A stretch of DNA of 64,000 nucleotides from IMG/VR virus record IMGVR_UViG_3300028840_008160, positions 248,001-312,000 of that record; one strand, 5' to 3'. This document shows, piece by piece, positions 9,374 to 18,536 of this stretch. The stretch's first letter is position 1. Every line of letters starts with the position of its first letter. Made by a program: the position numbers and the translations under genes. The notes under the pieces are model-generated. The model worked only from the letters and a program-made list of their open reading frames with translations, was not told the origin of the DNA and ran no database searches.

Positions 9374-12300
9374 TGGACAAAGAAAAGCTAATTAAACGAG
9401 AAGTTAGGCGATGTAAAGCTGACGGCGGGCGTGTTTACACGATATCATTAGCTGACTTAGTTATGATGCAAATGGTTGGCGATTTTGATGCGTTTCTTAA
9501 TATGATCGTTTCAAGAACAGATCCTGTAGCAATTGCTCAAGTGATTGAAGATACTAGAAAGAATGTGACAACTCCTCGATTGTTTTCTGGGATTGTAAAT
9601 AAAACTATTGAAGCGCAGTTTGGAAATAAATATGCAACTATTAGAGAATTAGGTCAAAATGCTATTGATTCATATCATTTGTCTGACATTCAAAAACCTG
9701 TAAGATTTCATGTTTGTGGTGATACATCTTATTTAGTATTGAGAATTAGAGATTATGGTTGTGGCATGCAGCTTAAAGATTTAGTAAAAGACTTATTGAT
9801 ACCATACAATTCAGGTAAAGAATTTGATCCTACAAAAATTGGTGAGCATGGTATTGGATGGTATTCAATTGTTGACGTTGCTGATCTTGTTAAAGTGACG
9901 ACGCGAACGCAAGGCGTGACATGTCAAGCTTTGATTTACAATAATGGAGAATGGCAAGCTACAATTCATCCTTTGTCGTCAAATGGTTTTAGTAAGAAGT
10001 TTGATCGTCACGATTTTGGTGGAACTGAAGTAAGTGCTTATGTGCAGTCAATGACAAATAATGATATTATTCATCATTTGTATCAATTTTTGGGAACCGT
10101 AGACAGATCATATGATGTAGTTTATAATAGTCATCAAATAAATTCTGTTGCAGAGACTTATAGAAGAGGTATGCCTGTCGAAACTACAATTAATAAAAAA
10201 CACAAACCTCTTGTCATGAGTGTATCTAAGCGTGAAATCCGCGGCAATTATAGTGACGAACGGTTCAAACACAGAAATCAAAATCTTCATAAAGTACTTT
10301 ACACACAACGTGGGTTATTTATCAAATACGATGATCCAAATTTTGAACAAGAGACCATTCATCATAAACTCATTTTTGACATGATGCAAATGGGTTTAGA
10401 TTTTTGGATTGATATACCTGAACATGTCGGTTTGACAAAAGGTCGAAACAATATTGTTGCTGATCATACTCCTATAGTATTAGACAGTACTTATAAAGCG
10501 TTTGAGAATGTATTTTTGGATATATTACTTGAAGACGATGAAGTATTAGAACACTCTTCTGGTGCATTGATGGCTAGTGTTGCTCAGATTTTTGAAAGAA
10601 AATATGCATTTAGAGTCAGAGAAGTTCAAAAGAATCGATACAGCTTAAAACGACGGATGTCGTCGCTATTTGCTGCTGCGCTAAGCAGTTGTATTGACGC
10701 CATTAGATCTGTGCTGACTGTTTTAGCTACTATGATAAAATTTGCTGTTTGTGATTTGCCAAAATTGTTATGGCAGCTCGGCAAACTCGAGGTTAAACTG
10801 TCAAAAGACGTTTTAGTAAAAACAGCATTTGTGATTGGTATATTGTGCTTCGCTGGTTCTAGTACTTGGGGAGTAATGTTATTGTATAAGTCTTTTGGTT
10901 GGGCGCCGTTTTTATACATGCTTTATTTTCTGATAATTGAAGCAGCTGGTTGTGGTGCATATTATTTGTTAAAAAGTATGCTGAAATATTCTGTTCATTG
11001 CGCAATGGGTTTGCGTGTTGTTTTTCAATATTTGGGGACGAATGCTATACGTGATATAATTGACTTTGGTCGCGGAACAAATGTGATATTTCAAACATTA
11101 ATGCGTAATTTATCATGGGATAAGATGTCTGACATTGGTGTAATGGGAATTTGTTTGATTCCAGTATATATTGCGCTTTGTATTGTACAAATAGTTTGGC
11201 ATACAATTAAGTGGCTAGGGTTGTTGATCGTAAAAGGTTTATGTTCATTGAAACATCCGGCGTTACTAGCACTAAGAGGTTTGCTAATTGCTAAAGTATA
11301 TGTAATTAAGTGGTGGATGGCTGGGCTTCATTTTATTGGTTTGTATATTCACATGGAAGAAAAAAGAGAACGAAAACGTTTAAAGTATTGTAGACGCATA
11401 TCAAAACGATATCTATCATTTATGCATAAAGATGCATTCTTCAAGCGCATTGTACATAAGAAAATGATTAATGCAACAACTTATTATAGTGAAGCAGAAG
11501 CAGCAAGACAAAGAGATGATTCAATGTCATCCATGTTGAGAACGTCATTTGTCGAAACACTTAATGATGTTGCTGGAATATTTTCGTTAAGTGATACACT
11601 GGGGCAACTTATTCCAACGCAAGATTATACTAGTCACAGATATCACGGATTGTCAAAACAAATACAAAAACGTCAGGTGAAGATATCAATTGATGATGTT
11701 ATACAATATTATTTAGAAATGCGATTGAAGTATCAAAAGGACAACAGTAGTTTGACGTTTCATCATGGTGATGTGTTTGTTCAGTACAAGAATCCATTAA
11801 TACAATCAATCATTGATAAAATGGAACAAGTATCTGTCGACATCAGGAATCAGTATGATGTATCAATACTTGAAGATCATTTAGATAACATTGGCGCTGT
11901 ACTTGTACTATTTGGTTTGATGTTTTATTTCATGACAGGTATTGGTTTTGCGCATATGATTTTGAGTTTTATATTTAGATCGCGTGTTAACAATCCATTT
12001 CTCAAAGTCAAGTTCTATATTAAGACGCGTGATTTTATTGTAACATCGGCACGGTGGCTATTTATTGAGAAAAAAGTGCATGTACGATTGGTTCGTTACA
12101 TAATAAGAGGAATTAAGCATTGTATTCGACAAATACCGGACACACTGAATGAGTTAAGAAAGCGCGGTGCTAGTGCATTAAAGATAGTTGTTACATTACC
12201 GTTTATTCTTATAGGCAAAACTGCAAGATTTATGTTTGTTAATGTCATTGTTCCTGTTTGTTGCATGCTTAATCCATTAAGATATCCAACGTACGTAGCA

Positions 12301-13344
12301 TTTGTGTTCGAAAAAGTGTCAATTACAGTTATAGATTTTTTTAGGAACATTAGACAACCATCTCGACAACAGGCTAAGCAAAATCATGATGGATATATAG
12401 CAAAACAAAAAGAAACTGAGCGAGCAAAAGTTAAGCAGTCAAAAAAGATGTTGAAAGCTTTGCTAAAAAATGCGAGCATGTTTGAAAAGTTTTATCATTC
12501 ATGGGTTGAATGGTTTCATAATTCAGCTTTGTTCTATTTCTTTGGTGATGGTTCTTATCGAGGTAAAGATTTTGAAGGAATGTCAAAAGCAAAACTTGCT
12601 AATATTGTTCAATTAGTACGAGTAGCTAAAGGATATTACGATTATTACTGTATGATTGAAGCAATGGATGAAGAAATTTGTAGAGCATTACACAAAAAAT
12701 TATACAAGATATCATTTACTCATCATAATAGACTTTCTCATGTACATAGTCATATGATAGCATTAGATAGAGATTTACAAGTTAATATAGGCGCATCGCC
12801 TAACTATGCTACGCCTGTAATACAATCATATTTTAGATCACAAACATTTGATCACAAATCTGAGAAATCAATTGAAACTTTTGCATTACATTTAATGGAT
12901 GCAATGATTCATTTAAGAGCACATCGTCATGCTAGTGACGCAATGCAAAAACAGCATTCGATTACATTTCATAAAGAGAAAGTCGAGTTAAGACGGAGAG
13001 TCGTTAAGTATTTTCTCGAGAACAATATTAGACCATTAGATATTGTTAAAAGACATTTAGGCACAAATGAAGAAATAGAAGATGTATTTTACAAACTAGA
13101 TAGTGTCGAATTTTCATGTTTAGCGAAGATGACAATTAGACGTTTGAAACATGAAAAGTTAAAATATGATGTTGCACGCGAACAAATAAGGTTAGAGAAA
13201 GAGGAACAAAAAAGAAAAGCTGCTGAACGTAAGGCAGAAGAAGCTAAGGAGAAACAAGAAGAAGAGAAAAAGAAACAAGAAGAAAAAGAGGAAAAGAAGG
13301 TCGAGGAGATTGTCGCAAGGATTAACAGACTCCAAGTCATATGA
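9370..13344 (+). CDS. Large GHKL ATPase with two hydrophobic (multi-TM) regions and a charged coiled-coil tail
   Basis: IRELGQNAIDS, RDYGCGM, IGEHGIGW, GGTEV; hydrophobic stretches at about aa 430-660 and 840-990; EEKKKQEE-type tail. Confidence 0.8.
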   Translation: MMDKEKLIKREVRRCKADGGRVYTISLADLVMMQMVGDFDAFLNMIVSRTDPVAIAQVIEDTRKNVTTPRLFSGIVNKTIEAQFGNKYATIRELGQNAIDSYHLSDIQKPVRFHVCGDTSYLVLRIRDYGCGMQLKDLVKDLLIPYNSGKEFDPTKIGEHGIGWYSIVDVADLVKVTTRTQGVTCQALIYNNGEWQATIHPLSSNGFSKKFDRHDFGGTEVSAYVQSMTNNDIIHHLYQFLGTVDRSYDVVYNSHQINSVAETYRRGMPVETTINKKHKPLVMSVSKREIRGNYSDERFKHRNQNLHKVLYTQRGLFIKYDDPNFEQETIHHKLIFDMMQMGLDFWIDIPEHVGLTKGRNNIVADHTPIVLDSTYKAFENVFLDILLEDDEVLEHSSGALMASVAQIFERKYAFRVREVQKNRYSLKRRMSSLFAAALSSCIDAIRSVLTVLATMIKFAVCDLPKLLWQLGKLEVKLSKDVLVKTAFVIGILCFAGSSTWGVMLLYKSFGWAPFLYMLYFLIIEAAGCGAYYLLKSMLKYSVHCAMGLRVVFQYLGTNAIRDIIDFGRGTNVIFQTLMRNLSWDKMSDIGVMGICLIPVYIALCIVQIVWHTIKWLGLLIVKGLCSLKHPALLALRGLLIAKVYVIKWWMAGLHFIGLYIHMEEKRERKRLKYCRRISKRYLSFMHKDAFFKRIVHKKMINATTYYSEAEAARQRDDSMSSMLRTSFVETLNDVAGIFSLSDTLGQLIPTQDYTSHRYHGLSKQIQKRQVKISIDDVIQYYLEMRLKYQKDNSSLTFHHGDVFVQYKNPLIQSIIDKMEQVSVDIRNQYDVSILEDHLDNIGAVLVLFGLMFYFMTGIGFAHMILSFIFRSRVNNPFLKVKFYIKTRDFIVTSARWLFIEKKVHVRLVRYIIRGIKHCIRQIPDTLNELRKRGASALKIVVTLPFILIGKTARFMFVNVIVPVCCMLNPLRYPTYVAFVFEKVSITVIDFFRNIRQPSRQQAKQNHDGYIAKQKETERAKVKQSKKMLKALLKNASMFEKFYHSWVEWFHNSALFYFFGDGSYRGKDFEGMSKAKLANIVQLVRVAKGYYDYYCMIEAMDEEICRALHKKLYKISFTHHNRLSHVHSHMIALDRDLQVNIGASPNYATPVIQSYFRSQTFDHKSEKSIETFALHLMDAMIHLRAHRHASDAMQKQHSITFHKEKVELRRRVVKYFLENNIRPLDIVKRHLGTNEEIEDVFYKLDSVEFSCLAKMTIRRLKHEKLKYDVAREQIRLEKEEQKRKAAERKAEEAKEKQEEEKKKQEEKEEKKVEEIVARINRLQVI

Positions 13345-13395
13345 TACCATCTTTATAATTCGGCAATAAATGGATCATTAAACATGGAGTTGTTA

Positions 13396-13710
13396 ATGAA
13401 ACATGCGGCTCAATTACACTGTGAATTTGCTAGATATGCAAAAGATTTTTATGGTGATGATATTGATTTAGCAAGAACAATGCAGGCAAAATTTTTGCCG
13501 CGCATCAATTGCGGTCATTGCGGACAACATATGCGACCTATTATTCAAGTTGCAGATGATGGTAAAGTTTCATATACAATTCCAAACTCGATTAAATGGA
13601 AACAACAGTTGAATTTACCAGCTGCGCTTTGGCCACATGATAATATGATTGTTATGATTTATTGGTGTCCGACATGCGGCGAAATTGATGCAGAATATAA
13701 CCAAGGGTAA
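13396..13710 (+). CDS. Leader-family protein with a Zn-finger (CxxC ... CxxC)
   Basis: GGAG SD then MKHAAQLHCEFARYAK; CGHCG, WCPTCG. Confidence 0.6.
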   Translation: MKHAAQLHCEFARYAKDFYGDDIDLARTMQAKFLPRINCGHCGQHMRPIIQVADDGKVSYTIPNSIKWKQQLNLPAALWPHDNMIVMIYWCPTCGEIDAEYNQG

Positions 13711-13716
13711 AAATCT

Positions 13717-14028
13717 ATGGCTAATACTAAATTAAGGAAATTCGGACATCTGACCATTCTCTGGACTATATCAGAGGCCGACAAAAGATGTGCAGATATA
13801 ACAATAAAATGGGATGACGTTGATGTAGCATCTGGAAATGTCAAAGCAAATTTTGATCATTTTAATTGGTCAGCTCAAGTTGATTTGTCAAACACTGCAG
13901 GCAGTATGAATGCATCATATGTGCCGTCGACAAACAAAGTTATATTAATGCTACAGTTTCAGAATTATTCACCAGATCATGGTAAAAAGGATTTTATAGG
14001 TCAACTAGATTCTTGGCTATTGAGTTAA
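13717..14028 (+). CDS. Hypothetical beta-rich protein
   Basis: 103-aa ORF followed by a terminator-like hairpin. Confidence 0.5.
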   Translation: MANTKLRKFGHLTILWTISEADKRCADITIKWDDVDVASGNVKANFDHFNWSAQVDLSNTAGSMNASYVPSTNKVILMLQFQNYSPDHGKKDFIGQLDSWLLS

Positions 14029-14049
14029 GTGTCCGACAGTTATAATAGA

Positions 14050-14088
14050 GGGGCGTTGTCCTCATCGACAAATGAGAGCGCCCCTTTT
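14050..14088 (+). terminator. Probable intrinsic terminator
   Basis: GGGGCG...CTCAT/ATGAG...CGCCCC then TTTT. Confidence 0.55.
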
Positions 14089-14143
14089 CTATGCCTTTAG
14101 GTTTGATTATTATTATTGTATTATGCATAAGGATATCTAATTT

Positions 14144-15154
14144 ATGACACGAGAAGAATTTAGACAGCAAGTATTCATTCGTGATAGTTATAAGTGTGTC
14201 GTGTGTCGACAATCGGCTGTTGATGCGCATCATATTATAGATCGCAGTTTGTGGTTTGATGGCGGTTATTATTTAGACAATGGTGTAAGTCTTTGCGAAC
14301 AGCATCATCTCGAAGCAGAGAAAACATTAATATCATGTGAACGTTTAAGAGTTTTGGCTAATATTGTTAATCATCTCTATCCTGAACATTTTTATCAAGA
14401 TGAGAAATATGACAAATGGGGAAACATATGTTTACCATCTGGAGCTAGAATAAAAGGCGAATTATTTAGCAATGAAAATGTGCAACAAATTTTAAGAGAC
14501 GCTGGTCAGTTAGATTCATTCTTACCATACATTAAATACCCTCGCACATATCATTTTCCATGGTCTGAGAATCTTAAAAATGATGATAGAATGCATTCTA
14601 ATGTCGATTTTTTTGAAGGCAAAGAAGTTGTTGCTACGATTAAAATGGATGGTGAAAACACGTCCATGTATAGAGATTACATTCATGCAAGATCAGTAGA
14701 TTCAAAGCATCATTTATCGAGAAGTTTAGTAAAACAAATTCATGCAACAATTGCTTTTGACATTCCAGAAGGTTGGCGAATTTGCGGCGAAAATATGTAT
14801 GCTAAGCATTCAATACATTATCATAATTTAAAAAGCTACTTTTATTTGTTTTCAATTTGGAATGAATTTAATATAGCATTAGATTGGAATTCAACATTAG
14901 ATTGGGCAAAATTGTTAGGTCTTAATGTTGTTCCCGTTTTTTACAGAGGACAATGGAATAGAGAAATAATTCATAACGCATATGAACAATTTGAATCATT
15001 TGATGAAAAAGAAGGGTATGTAGTTAGAGTAGTTGGAGAAATTTCGTATAAAGATTTTAGACATTCATTTGGCAAATTTGTACGAAAAAATCATGTACAA
15101 ACTAGTCAATTTTGGATGACGCAACCAGTAGTGCCAAATGAGGTTTTAGTATGA
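14144..15154 (+). CDS. HNH-domain / RNA ligase (Rnl2-like adenylyltransferase) fusion
   Basis: N-terminal CVVC...DAHHIIDR...NGVSLCEQHH; ligase KYPRTYH, KMDGEN, CGENMYAKHSIHY, EGYVVR, KFVR. Confidence 0.85.
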   Translation: MTREEFRQQVFIRDSYKCVVCRQSAVDAHHIIDRSLWFDGGYYLDNGVSLCEQHHLEAEKTLISCERLRVLANIVNHLYPEHFYQDEKYDKWGNICLPSGARIKGELFSNENVQQILRDAGQLDSFLPYIKYPRTYHFPWSENLKNDDRMHSNVDFFEGKEVVATIKMDGENTSMYRDYIHARSVDSKHHLSRSLVKQIHATIAFDIPEGWRICGENMYAKHSIHYHNLKSYFYLFSIWNEFNIALDWNSTLDWAKLLGLNVVPVFYRGQWNREIIHNAYEQFESFDEKEGYVVRVVGEISYKDFRHSFGKFVRKNHVQTSQFWMTQPVVPNEVLV

Positions 15155-16047
15155 GAACAATTTGGATGATAAAAGGTATTAGTAGTAGTGGTAAGTCGAC
15201 TTGGGCGCTTGAACAAATGCGAAAGTATCCAGGCCGCTATAAAAGAGTCAATCGTGATTTGTTGAGAGAGATGATTGACGGAAATGCTCTTAGTACTGAA
15301 AATGAAGCATTTTTAAAACGAATTCGAGATTTGTTTATTGAAAAAACTTTATTGCAAGAACATGACATTATTATTGATGATATGAATTTGAACAATGATA
15401 ATTGGAAAACTGTTTGTGATATTGCTTCGCTTATAGGCGATGTAAGAGTTGTTGAAAAATATTTTGAAGTATCATTAAAAGATGCATTGACGAGGAACGC
15501 ATCGAGAAGTAAGCCAGTGCCAGAACACATATTGGAAAATCAATATAAACGATATGTTAGAAATAAACATATTCAAGTGAGAGATGAATATTTTCCGCCG
15601 GTTATTGTAGATTTTACAATTGATCCAAAGAAAAAAATGGCTGCAATTGTCGATATTGATGGCACAATTGCTATGAAGTATAGTGATCGCAGTTATTTTG
15701 ATTTAGAACGTGTTGAAGAAGATACTTTAAATGAACATATATCGACACTTATTGATCTATTAGTTTTAAACGGCAACATGGACATTTTGCTTGTGTCAGG
15801 TCGAGCCGATTTTAATAAAGACAAGACTGAAGCATGGTTACAACAAACTAAACCACACTATGACAAACTTTTTATGAGACGTACTGGTGACCGTCGACCA
15901 GATTGGATTGTAAAGAAAGAAATTTACGAAGATCAAATCAAACCGCATTATAATGTGTTATATGTCATAGATGATAGGCCAATTGTTTGCAGGATGTGGC
16001 GAAACATGGGATTGACAGTTTTGCAAATCAATGATAAAGAAGTTTGA
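15151..16047 (+). CDS. pseT: T4-like polynucleotide 5'-kinase/3'-phosphatase
   Basis: P-loop GISSSGKST, RVNRD; HAD DIDGT, VSGR, DDRP. Confidence 0.9.
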   Translation: MRTIWMIKGISSSGKSTWALEQMRKYPGRYKRVNRDLLREMIDGNALSTENEAFLKRIRDLFIEKTLLQEHDIIIDDMNLNNDNWKTVCDIASLIGDVRVVEKYFEVSLKDALTRNASRSKPVPEHILENQYKRYVRNKHIQVRDEYFPPVIVDFTIDPKKKMAAIVDIDGTIAMKYSDRSYFDLERVEEDTLNEHISTLIDLLVLNGNMDILLVSGRADFNKDKTEAWLQQTKPHYDKLFMRRTGDRRPDWIVKKEIYEDQIKPHYNVLYVIDDRPIVCRMWRNMGLTVLQINDKEV

Positions 16048-16064
16048 TGTCTATGATTTAAGGA

Positions 16065-16406
16065 TTGATTATTATGAATATGGATGGTAAAACGTTTCTC
16101 AGTTTGCGAGCGCTTTTAGATTATATTTACAATGATGAAAAACAGAATTGTGAAAGTTCTGGAAATCCTAAAAATCATATTTTTCATCATATTGAAAAGC
16201 TTAATGCTTTTTGCAAGAATCATCTATTTGATGAAACCAATTTCATGATAGACACATCATCTGCAAATAATACGCCTGTTATTAAAATGCGAATAGTGCA
16301 TTTGCCAACAGGCGTTATAGTTTCTGGTCAAGGTGAACATGTTCAATCGTTAAAAGCTTTACTGTTGAATAAGATTGTAGATAAAATTGGAATGAAACAT
16401 GATTGA
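16065..16406 (+). CDS. Protein with a degenerate RF-1 (release factor) domain lacking GGQ
   Basis: FMIDT...KMRIVHLPTGVIVSGQ resembles the RF segment RIDT...GGQ...VRITHLPTGIVV. Confidence 0.45.
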   Translation: MIIMNMDGKTFLSLRALLDYIYNDEKQNCESSGNPKNHIFHHIEKLNAFCKNHLFDETNFMIDTSSANNTPVIKMRIVHLPTGVIVSGQGEHVQSLKALLLNKIVDKIGMKHD

Positions 16407-17088
16407 AAAACCGCTTAATGCATACTCTGTGCAAATTGTTTTTGCAGATAAAGCTCTTAAAGCTTTATGGGACATTATTTCTAAGAAGTTAGACGATGTT
16501 ATTGAATCAAGACAGAATCATAATCGTTATAGATCTACTAGAATGAATGCATCGTGGCTTAAAGACGATGTGGCAGTTTATATGGGTGACGAAAATAAAG
16601 TCATTGTATCATCATCAAGTGTTATTGGCAAAAAGTCATTTTCATTTTGGAGATATGTGAGGCGAGATGAAAATCTGACAACAGAAATGCTTCAGGCAAT
16701 TGCAGCATTTAATCATAACTACGGACTACATCATTTACGACAATATTTGAAAACATTAACAATGATGATTCGTAATTGCGATATTGATATTGAAATTCGT
16801 GATAGATTAAGAGCATATACTGCAAAAGTTAAGGAAGAAAAAGAAAAGAAATTAGCAGTCATTGCTAAAAAAATCAAATTCAAAAAACGCGACGCATCAT
16901 TTGTTAAAATATTTCCAAATGGTCAACTTAAATTGAGAGATTGTGATGAAGACGGCACATTGACAATTATATTTGGATCAGATGAATGCTTGTTTCGAGC
17001 TGTGTTGACAATTAAAATTCATGTTGACGAGTTTGATGAGATTGCTAAACATTTTTATCCAATTGCTAAATACATTGCTTTGAGATAG
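16399..17088 (+). CDS. Hypothetical protein
   Basis: 229-aa ORF overlapping the upstream stop. Confidence 0.6.
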   Translation: MIEKPLNAYSVQIVFADKALKALWDIISKKLDDVIESRQNHNRYRSTRMNASWLKDDVAVYMGDENKVIVSSSSVIGKKSFSFWRYVRRDENLTTEMLQAIAAFNHNYGLHHLRQYLKTLTMMIRNCDIDIEIRDRLRAYTAKVKEEKEKKLAVIAKKIKFKKRDASFVKIFPNGQLKLRDCDEDGTLTIIFGSDECLFRAVLTIKIHVDEFDEIAKHFYPIAKYIALR

Positions 17089-17099
17089 GAGGATATATT

Positions 17100-17570
17100 A
17101 TGGTAGCAAAAGCTGATGAATTTGTAAATGAATCTAGTTTATTGCGTCGACATTTTCATATTGTTGAACTTGATCGACATTTTGTTCGTGAGACAAATGA
17201 AGAGGGTCAAATATTTGCATGTCCGTTAATTGGTGAAATACCAATTATTATGGCGCGTGATGAAGCAGTGGCAATTAAAGACAACATATCTCGTAGACTG
17301 TTAAATATACGAGCTGATGGTGGCAAAGTTATTATACCTATGTTTGATGTCGACATTGTTGTTAATTCTGGCTCATTAACAGATTTAGATGTTGAAGCAG
17401 CATATAATGAGTATTGTAAACGACAAGTGGAAGTAGAAAATCAACTTTTTACTATACTTAAGAATTTTGATGGCAAGGGTGTAATGTATATCAGAAATTT
17501 TACAGTTATGCCTAATGATTCTGGTGGCTGGAAATTTACAGATAACATAGGCGTTGCGAAAGTGAAATGA
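17100..17570 (+). CDS. Hypothetical protein
   Basis: AGGAGG SD, 156 aa. Confidence 0.6.
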   Translation: MVAKADEFVNESSLLRRHFHIVELDRHFVRETNEEGQIFACPLIGEIPIIMARDEAVAIKDNISRRLLNIRADGGKVIIPMFDVDIVVNSGSLTDLDVEAAYNEYCKRQVEVENQLFTILKNFDGKGVMYIRNFTVMPNDSGGWKFTDNIGVAKVK

Positions 17571-17760
17571 ACAAACATTCAAACAGATTGTCGAAGATGT
17601 AAGGGTTTACGCTGAAAGACTTTACAGCAGAGGCTTTATGATCAAAGGCAATTATGTTTGGGTTGTTGAAGATAGAATCGCTCATTATTTATCTGACATG
17701 CTCAATAGTCAAGAACTACTGCCTAAATCGAATCTACCCGAAGATTTCATTGAATTGTGA
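17567..17760 (+). pseudogene. Small ORF broken by a 1-nt deletion just after the ATG
   Basis: ATG-AA-CAA-ACA-TTC; restoring one base gives about 64 aa (M-x-QTFKQIVEDVRVYAERLYSRG...) with an ATGA overlap. Confidence 0.5.
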
Positions 17761-17814
17761 ACCTCCCTTTATAATTTTGCTAATATGTTGACTAATCTCT
17801 AGTAAGGGAGGCGT

Positions 17815-18066
17815 ATGTCAAAACTATCATCATTACTTAAAGATGGTCAATCTGACAATTGGTCATCGACTAGATTTGCAATGTTATTTACAGTATTATT
17901 GTCTAATATTGTTATTTTTGGTACATGGGCAGCAGTTTGTATTTTGAAGCAAGACATAATAATGATTCCCTCTAGTTTAATTACGTTGTATGGTCTTGCT
18001 AATGGCATAATAGTAACTGGGAAAGTGACGCAAAAACATTTTGAAGGACAGCATACTAAAGTATGA
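17815..18066 (+). CDS. Small 2-TM holin-like membrane protein
   Basis: SSTRFAMLFTVLLSNIVIFGTWAAVCI and SSLITLYGLANGIIVTG; basic C-terminus; strong SD. Confidence 0.45.
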   Translation: MSKLSSLLKDGQSDNWSSTRFAMLFTVLLSNIVIFGTWAAVCILKQDIIMIPSSLITLYGLANGIIVTGKVTQKHFEGQHTKV

Positions 18067-18536
18067 AGCATGTAGCTCAGATACAAACAGAATTTGCGAA
18101 AGAAGCTATTAGTCGTTGGGAAAATCTGTCTTATGAGTCGCAAAAAGCATATTTGAGACGCCATCCTAAGACAAAGCGGCGCGTAACTATGCAACCTATT
18201 AAAGGCACAAAACGACTTGTACGTAGAGCGCTTGACAAGTTTAACAGCTTGAAACGTTTTATGAACAGGTCTAGTAATAAGAAATATGGTTTGAATGAAG
18301 TTAATACGCGAGAAAGAATGTATTCAATATTGACAAAGGCAATTAAAGGAAAAGATGTTAAGTTACTAGATGCTGCTGGTTGGGGCTTATGGTATGAAAA
18401 TGAAAAAGATGTTGAGAATGTAACAACTCAACTTAACAATAAAGTACGTTCACTTATCAGATCTATTAAGAGTATACGCAACCAATTACATAGAGAAAAC
18501 ATGAAAAAAATTAAAGAACAGGTGGAGGCTGTATGA
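18063..18536 (+). CDS. Leader-family basic protein with RHPxSKR module
   Basis: MKHVAQIQTEFAKEAISRWENLSYESQKAYLRRHPKTKRR. Confidence 0.7.
   Translation: MKHVAQIQTEFAKEAISRWENLSYESQKAYLRRHPKTKRRVTMQPIKGTKRLVRRALDKFNSLKRFMNRSSNKKYGLNEVNTRERMYSILTKAIKGKDVKLLDAAGWGLWYENEKDVENVTTQLNNKVRSLIRSIKSIRNQLHRENMKKIKEQVEAV

Noticed and set aside
13190-13310. A/G-rich repeat-like tract
   Set aside because: Simply encodes the E/K coiled-coil tail of the GHKL protein.
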